DNA from: an uncultured bacterium
Lineage (GTDB): Bacteria > Fibrobacterota > Chitinivibrionia > Chitinivibrionales > JANQEN01
Length of the DNA: 52,440 nucleotides
Assembly: GCA_965372145.1 (NCBI GenBank)
Contig: CBDVBE010000002.1
Coordinates: 1 to 52,440, forward strand
Direction of reading: 5' to 3'
The notes under the pieces were generated by a model, which was not told where the DNA came from, searched no databases, and was given only the letters and a program-made list of their open reading frames with translations. Of this stretch, positions 7,576 to 15,300 are shown piece after piece. Made by a program: the position numbers and the translations under genes. Within the stretch, counting starts at the first letter, position 1. Every line of letters begins with the position of its first letter.

Positions 7576-8652
7576 TCAAATTCCGTGATAATTCTCAACC
7601 GCTTTGGCATAATTGCACAGTTGGGGTGCGGTCCGGTCCAGCCTGCCGGTTTCGGTATGGATAAGCCCCAGGCAGATATTGCATGACCGGCTATATCTGC
7701 AGGTATTGCAGGGCTGAATATCTGATCTGCGTAAGCCTTTAATTTTATGTAAGATATCAGACCTGTTCACCAGCTCATACAGTGAACCGGTATTAAAAAT
7801 ATTACCGATTATTACATTGCGAAAGGAACAGCAGGGGAGCAGGTTGCCCTGTGAATCAATGCAGATATTTTTCTGGAGGCCGCTGCAGGGGAGCGACTGT
7901 TCTAACGGAGCAAGGCCCTCTTCCCGCTCTGAGAATCTGTTTTTTTCACATTCAATAAATTTTTCAGGGGCATTCTCAAGAAGTGTATTATAGAAGTCAT
8001 AAGTTGTACAGTGTTTGTGATCAGCAGAATGGCAATTATTGTAAATCGCATTTTTTTTCTGTAATTTTGTTATACTGGTACGGATATCATATCCAAGATC
8101 ATTGAAAAAGGCATGGGTCTCTTTGAACTCTGAAACATTACATTCTAGAAGACTGAGGGCAAAGTGAATATGTATTCCTCCTTTTTTTAATTTCTCAGCT
8201 GTTTTCAGAATTCTGGCATATCCGCCGGTGACGCCGGTATAAGTATCATGAAGAGAGGGGTGGTGGGAGAAAATAGAAAACTGTATGTCCGAGATATAGG
8301 GTGAATGGCCCAGTATAAAAGCAATATGCTCATCGGTGACCAGGGTGCCATTTGTCAATATACTCATACGCCAGAAATCTTTTGTGACCGTGTACTCGAT
8401 AATGTCGAGGATATCTCTGCGTAAAAAGGGTTCCCCGCCGGTGAGTGTCAGGCAAAGTATACCGGCATCAGCCAGTTTATCCAGCATGGTATAGATTTTT
8501 TCAGTCGGTAAATCTTTGGCATCCTGTTCCACGACATAACAGTAATCGCAGTGCGCATTACACCTGCTGGTCACTTCTATCGAGGCCTCGGAATAATAAT
8601 TCTTCATGCCCAGCTCAAGCAGTTTCTTACTGATTTTATTATCTTGTATCAT
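7576..8652 (-). CDS. Radical SAM / SPASM-domain peptide maturase
   Basis: CNAHCDYCY (CxxxCxxC) near the N-terminus. The C-terminal SPASM-like motifs are CSGLQKNICIDSQGNLLPC and CNTCRYSRSCNIC. Confidence 0.85.
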   Translation of the reverse strand: MIQDNKISKKLLELGMKNYYSEASIEVTSRCNAHCDYCYVVEQDAKDLPTEKIYTMLDKLADAGILCLTLTGGEPFLRRDILDIIEYTVTKDFWRMSILTNGTLVTDEHIAFILGHSPYISDIQFSIFSHHPSLHDTYTGVTGGYARILKTAEKLKKGGIHIHFALSLLECNVSEFKETHAFFNDLGYDIRTSITKLQKKNAIYNNCHSADHKHCTTYDFYNTLLENAPEKFIECEKNRFSEREEGLAPLEQSLPCSGLQKNICIDSQGNLLPCCSFRNVIIGNIFNTGSLYELVNRSDILHKIKGLRRSDIQPCNTCRYSRSCNICLGLIHTETGRLDRTAPQLCNYAKAVENYHGI

Positions 8653-8947
8653 TTGTGGAATGATTATCCGCAGTTATAAGTTTTTTGTCAAGTAATTCAC
8701 TTATATATTCCTCTAAATCATTTTCAGCTGAATTTCTGTCTACCTCGAAACGTTCTATTATCCGGTCGGTAATCCCTTTTTTACTACACCCTTCATGTAT
8801 GCTTTCCCAAATGCACGTTCCGACTTTATTCAATGTATGAATTTTTGAGAGTTTCCTGTCAAAAATAAATAGTTCATCCCCGATTTTGCGTGTTGAAACA
8901 GTGTCACTTACAGTAAACATATACTTACTTCCTGTAAAGTTGTTCAA
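8639..8947 (-). CDS. PqqD-family peptide chaperone (RRE domain)
   Basis: ~90-aa protein. DELFIFDRKLSKIHTLNKVGTCIWESI...ITDRIIERFEVDRNSAENDLEEYISELLDKKLI is the canonical PqqD pattern. The likelier start is ATG 8920, just after the kinase stop. Confidence 0.8.
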   Translation of the reverse strand: MNNFTGSKYMFTVSDTVSTRKIGDELFIFDRKLSKIHTLNKVGTCIWESIHEGCSKKGITDRIIERFEVDRNSAENDLEEYISELLDKKLITADNHSTNDTR

Positions 8948-9791
8948 AATCCTCTGCGATAGTGCTTATATGATTAAAATATAACAAATCTATGGGGATA
9001 CTTTGATAAATATTTTCAGTGTTTGTCATAATATAGTTACTGAATTCCTCAGATGTGGGAAAGGCGTACACACACTGTAACAAAGAGAGATACTGCTGCT
9101 TAAGGCTCATTTCCCGGATTTTATTTTCCCTGCTTTTTTCCAGGAAAAAGATTTTTTTCAACGGTGCATACCCCGTGGTACAGAACTTGAGTTTGTCCGG
9201 TGTCGTAAAGGGGGTGGAAAAAACATAGTAGCTGTTCTTGCAAGGCAGGATAATGTTGAATTCATCATTATAAATACGCCACTCTTTGCTTAATAAATGT
9301 GCAATTGTGGTTTTCCCGGTGTTTGACCGGCCCGGAAAAATAATACTGAAACTATTATCCTTTGTTATTGCTGAACAGTGGCAGGGGAGCCCGCCTTTTT
9401 TCAGGGACAATAATGATAGCAGCAGCTTCAAACTTCTTATTAATAATCGGTCATGCGGCTCTGTCAAATTCTCATTGAAAAAAGTGGTTGTCATCAGTTT
9501 TTTGTGCCAGTCTATGGTCGCGGCCCATGATTCAGTTTCAAACACAAAAAGATCCGCATTCTCGAAGTAGAGGGCATTTAAGCGGCGTTCCATGGAGTAG
9601 ATACTTGACGGCCGGGATGTGTCCGGAATCGTTTGTATCTCAAAGTCACAGGAATCCTGCGTGCCCGCCTGATACATTTTTTTGATCGAGTCCAGATATG
9701 GTGTGTTCAGGGTATAGGTGGTATCTATGGTTATTTTTATCCGGAAAGTGGCAATTTCGAGTATCATTGGTGAGTAAACATGCTGGTACAA
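8925..9791 (-). CDS. HPr kinase/phosphorylase C-terminal-domain-like kinase (HprK-related)
   Basis: GGLPCHCSAITKDNSFSIIFPGRSNTGKTTIAHLL matches the HprK catalytic core (the H-x-S region followed by a P-loop). First gene of the minus-strand operon. Confidence 0.7.
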   Translation of the reverse strand: MYQHVYSPMILEIATFRIKITIDTTYTLNTPYLDSIKKMYQAGTQDSCDFEIQTIPDTSRPSSIYSMERRLNALYFENADLFVFETESWAATIDWHKKLMTTTFFNENLTEPHDRLLIRSLKLLLSLLSLKKGGLPCHCSAITKDNSFSIIFPGRSNTGKTTIAHLLSKEWRIYNDEFNIILPCKNSYYVFSTPFTTPDKLKFCTTGYAPLKKIFFLEKSRENKIREMSLKQQYLSLLQCVYAFPTSEEFSNYIMTNTENIYQSIPIDLLYFNHISTIAEDFEQLYRK

Positions 9792-9841
9792 TATTTCTGT
9801 TTTGAGATAAAATTAACTCATTCTATTAAAATAGCCAAATT

Positions 9842-9873
9842 AAAAAAAAGCATCAACCTTTTCAGATTGATGC
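9842..9873 (-). terminator. Rho-independent terminator of the flagellin gene
   Basis: Minus strand: GCATCAA-N10-TTGATGC followed by T8 (plus-strand A-run 9842-9849). It lies 29 nt after the flagellin stop. Confidence 0.7.
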
Positions 9874-9901
9874 CCTCTATTTTAATTAATGCTATCTGAT
9901 T

Positions 9902-11035
9902 CTATCCGAGTAACCTCAGAATCGATGTCGGCTGGACATTTGCCTGTGCAAGCATACTGGTCGCGGTCTGTGTGAGTATCTGGTTTCTTGTGAAGTTGGC
10001 GGTTTCGTGAGCAAAATCAACGTCACGAATAAGGCTTTCTGCGGCCTGCTGGTTGGTTTGCCCTTCAATCAGATTGTTCATATTGTGTTCAAGACGGTTA
10101 ATCATGGCACCGATATAGGAACGCATTCTGTTGACCCGCTCAATGCCTGTATGATTTGTGCCATTACCGATATTTGTACCACCACCCTCATCAGGAGCTG
10201 TGCCGTCGATTAATTGAAGAAGTGTATTAAGCTTTGACCCTACGGTATTACCCCATCGAGCAGTCATAAAAGGTATCCCTGTATTCTCAAAAGCATTTAC
10301 TGATCCGTTAGGTGCAACTAGGGCACTACGGGCGTATGGTGCCACTGTATCTGCATTTGTTAGAAAAAGCCCGTTAGTGTCCATTTGACCCAACTGTATA
10401 GTAATAAAATTTGCTGCGTCTGGATCAAAGCTGTTTAACTGTGCGCCGCCGTTAAATGCATTGGCATCTGTGGTGGAATAGTTTGCACCGATCATCATGT
10501 TGAAATGGGTGGCACCGCCATTATCATTCGCACCGAAGACCGCGTCTGCGCCGCTGTCCCAGATCGTTGTGGCATCAGCCGCAGTTTTAGGATCTGTATT
10601 GGCACTGTTTACTGTCTGGCGGTTTGCAAATAGGCGCATACCGTTATAATTGGTTGTCCGGTCAATTCGATCCAGTTCATCGAACAGAGCAAGGAATTCG
10701 TCCCCCATGTAATTACGCTCGGTCTGGGTATACGTATCATTCTTTGCCTGAATAACCAGTTCCCGCATCCTCTGGAGAATTGCCGACTGTTCGTTAAGAG
10801 AACCTTCTGCTATATTGAGCAATGCAATAAAGTCCTGGGTATTTTTCATTGCCTGCCCGATACCCCGTACCTGGGTTCGCAGGTTTTCAGAAACACCGAG
10901 GCCGGCAGCATCGTCCGATGCCCGGTTAATTCGCAGTCCGGTGGAAAGTTTTTCGAGGGATCTGGATGTCTCGCGGTTCACTCGAAAGATCGAGCTCTGC
11001 GCGTTCATTGCTGAGATATTGTGATTTACTCTCAT
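9902..11035 (-). CDS. Flagellin (FlaB/FliC family)
   Basis: N-terminal MRVNHNISAMNAQ...LSTGLRINRASDDAAGLGVSENLRTQVRGIGQAMKNTQD and C-terminal ...FTRNQILTQTATSMLAQANVQPTSILRLLG are the conserved D0/D1 segments. Confidence 0.95.
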   Translation of the reverse strand: MRVNHNISAMNAQSSIFRVNRETSRSLEKLSTGLRINRASDDAAGLGVSENLRTQVRGIGQAMKNTQDFIALLNIAEGSLNEQSAILQRMRELVIQAKNDTYTQTERNYMGDEFLALFDELDRIDRTTNYNGMRLFANRQTVNSANTDPKTAADATTIWDSGADAVFGANDNGGATHFNMMIGANYSTTDANAFNGGAQLNSFDPDAANFITIQLGQMDTNGLFLTNADTVAPYARSALVAPNGSVNAFENTGIPFMTARWGNTVGSKLNTLLQLIDGTAPDEGGGTNIGNGTNHTGIERVNRMRSYIGAMINRLEHNMNNLIEGQTNQQAAESLIRDVDFAHETANFTRNQILTQTATSMLAQANVQPTSILRLLG

Positions 11036-11230
11036 ACCAACATCCTTGTTGATAGTGGAGAATGATTAGTTTCAATCATCCGTGATTTAAGGCGTATTTA
11101 AAAGTTTTCCCAATACACCCTATTACTTTCATCGGTAATATCACAATGCACTTGATTTTTTTCCCTCGCTATTGTGATAGTACCGTTTTTTCAAAGATTG
11201 TGAAGTGTGTCCACTCCACCCTATTCTGAT

Positions 11231-11257
11231 ATATCGGAGGAAGATTAAAAAACTTTA
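11231..11257 (-). promoter_or_regulatory. Sigma-28 (FliA/SigD)-type promoter upstream of flagellin
   Basis: The minus strand reads TAAA-gttttttaatcttcc-TCCGATAT, against the consensus TAAA-N15-GCCGATAT. It sits ~195 nt upstream of the start codon. A weaker second match (TCAA-N16-CCGATGAA) is at ~11128-11155. Confidence 0.6.
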
Positions 11258-11516
11258 GTATTTTTTTCATCTTTTTTTCTATACAATTCCAGCCACCCTC
11301 TCATAGTTGGGAAAAGAATAATTATATCCTCTTATTGTATATAATGAATTAACATTTTATAATATTGCATTAGGCATATATAGGACTTCATTTTATTTTA
11401 TTAATTAAATCAGTTACTTTTTATTATCCATTCGCCCACTGGCAGTTGTGAGGAGGGCATTTTACCCGGCTAGAAATTTCGTTTTGGAATGAATGGTGGA
11501 TTGACAGGAGATATCA

Positions 11517-12008
11517 ATGAGCCAATATGTACATGATGCTGTTTTCAAGGATGCCCGGTCTGTCGTTGAATTTATTACCCCATTGAGAGCGCAGGGTAAA
11601 ACTGTTGTAACCACTAACGGCTGTTTTGATATACTCCATGCCGGCCATATACAATACCTTGCCGATGCTGCCGCGCTTGGTGATATTCTTGCAGTTGGAG
11701 TAAACAGCGATGAGGTCGTTATAAAATTAAAGGGGAGCAGCAGACCGGTTCAGAATGAAAATGATCGGGTTTCTCTGATAGCTGCTCTTAAAATGGTCGA
11801 TTGCGCCTTTATTTTTCCGGAAAATGATCCCAGAACTTTTTTAGAGGTGATTAAACCGGATATTCATGTAAAAGGCGGTGATTATACGGAGGATATTATT
11901 GAAAAACCGGTGGTAGAGGCCTACGGTGGGAAAATTCAAATAGTTCCTTTTAAAGAAAGTTGTTCAACAAGTATCATTATAGATAAAATTATTTCTGGAG
12001 TATTGTAA
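11517..12008 (+). CDS. D-glycero-beta-D-manno-heptose 1-phosphate adenylyltransferase-like cytidylyltransferase (RfaE domain II / HldC)
   Basis: TNGCFDILHAGHIQYL (HxGH nucleotidyltransferase motif), ~160 aa, with an overall RfaE-II pattern. Confidence 0.75.
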   Translation: MSQYVHDAVFKDARSVVEFITPLRAQGKTVVTTNGCFDILHAGHIQYLADAAALGDILAVGVNSDEVVIKLKGSSRPVQNENDRVSLIAALKMVDCAFIFPENDPRTFLEVIKPDIHVKGGDYTEDIIEKPVVEAYGGKIQIVPFKESCSTSIIIDKIISGVL

Positions 12009-12043
12009 ATAAAAGAGATATCGGTTCTATAGATAAATCTTAA

Positions 12044-12111
12044 TCATAATCTTAATCCTAATTCGTACTCCAAATTTTTTATTTCGATTAAGATTAGGAT
12101 TACGATTATGA
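12044..12111. repeat. Imperfect inverted repeat / long hairpin built from AATC/TTAAT-rich units
   Basis: TCATAATCTTAATCCTAAT (12044-12062) pairs with ATTAGGATTACGATTATGA (12093-12111) with one mismatch in 19. It lies 36 nt after the hldC-like stop and may act as a terminator. Confidence 0.5.
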
Positions 12112-12144
12112 CATTATTCGATTAATTTTAATACGGAACAGGAG

Positions 12145-12290
12145 CTATTTAGTGCCTGTCCGAAAACTATGCAAAACTGTCATTTCGACTGAAAGGAGAA
12201 ATCTTTCTTTTCTAAGAATCGATACCTTACAGATTTCTCCCTTTGGTCGAAATGGCAAAACAGGTACTTTCTGAACAAGCACTATTCATA
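12145..12290. mobile_element. MITE-like palindromic element (copy 1)
   Basis: The terminus CTATTTAGTGCCTGTCCGAAAAC (12145-12167) has an imperfect inverse at 12267-12284. Nested arms at 12174-12203 and 12231-12263 (GTCATTTCGACTGAAAGGAGAAATCT / AGATTTCTCCCTTTGGTCGAAATGGC). The terminus is 22/23 identical to 32785-32807. Confidence 0.6.
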
Positions 12291-12395
12291 ATCAGTTGCT
12301 CCCGGGTGGTAAGTATTATAGAATTATAATGAATCTATAATATTTTTATCCACCAATGTAAATACGAATTTAGACAGACGACACGGAGGAAATGA

Positions 12396-15300
12396 ATGCC
12401 AACACCAACAGACATGTCTGTGGGGAGATTAGAAGACAAACTGAAAATCAAACCGAATTCCCTTGTTTTTTCCCGCCTTGCAGATTCCTATCGTAAAAGT
12501 GGTGATGTTCAGCAGGCAATTTCTATATCTGTTCACGGCCTTGAATCACACCCGGACTATGTTACCGGGCGTATTATATTAGGCAGGTGCTATCTGGAGC
12601 AGGAGAACTTTAATGATGCTATCAAGGAATTTACAAAAATCTGTCAGTTAGACAGGCATAACCAGATTGCCATTAAAATGCTTGCAGACATCTTTTCAAA
12701 GCAGGGAATGGAAGAGAAAGCAGGGAACTTATATAATCTTCTTTTTAAAATGGATCCGGAGAATCCTTCGCTTGAACATCTGATAACGGTGTTTAAAGGA
12801 AGCAATAAATCCAACCTGTACGAGATCCTGGGTATTGACGAAGGCGTCGTGGAGATTACACCCGCTGCGGAGGCAGAAAAACAGGCATCGGAAGAGGTGT
12901 ATGATGAATCTGAAACTCCGGAGGCTCTGGAAGAGGTTGGTGTCGCTGATGAAGGTGATATTGGACTTCCACAGGGCGATGAGGTGGTGGCTCAGATTGA
13001 TGAAGTGATACCCGGAGCATCAGAAGATCAGTTTGAATCAGCGCCAGAGGCAGAGCCGGAACCGGCTGCTGAATCAGATGTTGGTGAACTGGCTGAGCCG
13101 GCGGATAAACAGTTGCCTGATGATGCCCTGGCTCTCGAGGCAACAGAACAGGTACCTTCATTGGAGGATAGTATTGCAGAGGATACAGCTATTCCTGAGA
13201 TATCGGAGCAGGTTGAACCGGAATTACCGAGTGTGGAAGTTGCCGAGGCAGCTGATCAGGTACCTTCATTGGAGGATAGTATTGCAGAGGATACGGCTAT
13301 TCCTGAGATATCGGAGCAGGTTGAACCGGAATCACCGAGTGTGGAAGTTGCCGAGGCAACTGATCAGGTACCTTCATTGGAGGATAGTATTGCAGAAGAT
13401 GTAGCTATTCCTGAAGTGACAGACCAGGTTGAATCAGCAGCAGCATCTCCTGAGGCGGCCGAACAGGTCCCGACACTGGAAGAGAGTATTGCGGATGATA
13501 TAGCAGTTTCAGAGGTGTCGGATCAGGTTGAATTGGAGAGCGAGCCTGCAGAGGACGAGGTTGTTGAACCGGAAATGGAATCTGCACTGGAAAGTGCAAC
13601 AGAGGCGCCATTAACAAAAGAGCCTTCGCTGGATGATATTCTGACACCGGACTCCAGTGAAACGGAAAGTGAACCTGCAGTTGAAGAGTTGCAGGTTCAA
13701 CCGGAAGCTACTCCTACTGAAGATCTTGGTGATGTAACTGAGATGGAGGCAGTCTCTGAAGATGCGCCAAAAGAGGCTGCGGTGGTTGACAAGCAGGAAG
13801 ATGGCGTCGAGGCTGAAGTCATAGCGGAAATGGAGGAGAGTGCTCCTGATGTGGTGGATCAATTGCCGGAGGCTATTGACAAGGGAGTCCCTGATGCGGA
13901 TGATATCAGTGTGCGAATGGATGCAATGTTTGGGGATGAGGAAGAAGGCGAACCTGAATCGGTATCAGCGGTAGAAGAACTGTCATCTGAAACTGGAAGG
14001 GAGGCACTAACGACTACTGATGAAATTTCGCGGATAACTGAAATATTTGAGGAGGGTGATGAAAGTGAAACCGGTGAAATGACTTCCAGAATGGAGGACA
14101 TGTTTGGAGATGCTGAAGAGCTCGTGCCACCAACTGCTGTTGAAACCAGAGCCCCTGAACCTGTGGAGGAACTCCTGCCGCCGGGTGAAATGGTTACTGC
14201 ACCGACCGAGATACTTGATAAGAAAGGGCTTGATGAGCTGCGTAAAAGAGTGACTGAAACGCCCGCAGAAGAATTGGTTGAAGAAGAGATATCTGTCCCC
14301 GGAGAGGACTTGACAATTACCGGGGAGGAGCACACTCAAATAGTAGAAATGGCAGAAATAGAGCGGGAGATGGCGGCAATGCCGACTGAAATTATTGATC
14401 CGATGGCACCAAAGGAGGAGGTGCTTGCGGAAACACAGGACCTGAGTGATATCTCCCCTGCCGCTGTCCATGAGCCAACAGAGGAATTGATGCCTGCTGA
14501 TTTCACTCCGGAGGAAGAGGCTCCGGAAAATATCGTAACTGATGCAACCGCAGTGTATGATAGGAAAAAGATCAAAGAGATGGCTGCTTCTGAATCTGAG
14601 GAGCTATCTGAAACGGTTGAGATACAGATGTCAGCTTCTGAACCTGAAGAGCTCATTGAGACAGTTGATATACCGATGACCGAGATACCGACACCCCAGA
14701 CCTCGCTGTCCGGTGAAGAGGTTATTTCCCGCCTTGATGAGATGTTTCCCACAGAGGGTGAACCTGAACCTGTGCATGCAATCGGCGCTGAAACAAGAGA
14801 TATCAGTATTGATCTCCCGACTGAAGAAGAGATAGATACTTTAGGGGTGGAAGGTGTCAGCGGAACAGTTGAAATTATGCCCCAAACTGCGGAGCCTGTA
14901 GATACGACCGGGATTGTACCGGATACAACACAGGCTGAAACCGCATCATATGATCGTGAACGTATTGATGAAGTGCTCACCTCTCCTGAAACCGATGTGT
15001 ATATGCATGATTCGGAGGAGAGTTGGGAACGGCAGCAGACAGAATCATTTGAAATGGATAATGTTGAAACCACAGGGCCGCTTTCCGGTGAAGAGGTCGC
15101 ATCCCGTATTGATGAGATGTTTTCCGGTGAAGATGAGTCAATAGCCACAATACCCGATGAAGATATCGATGAACATGAACAGGTCGGTGAATTTTATACA
15201 GAATCAGGTGACACAGCTTCGATAGATGAAGAGGTTTCTCCTTTGGATCAGGAGGCGGTTGAAACCGGTGAGGATATGACGACCCCGGAGCTTACACTTG

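Noticed and set aside
13149-13560. Possible CRISPR array, given the regular 108-bp periodicity
   Set aside because: The repeats are contiguous with no unique spacers, lie in frame within a CDS and encode a repeated peptide. No cas genes are present.
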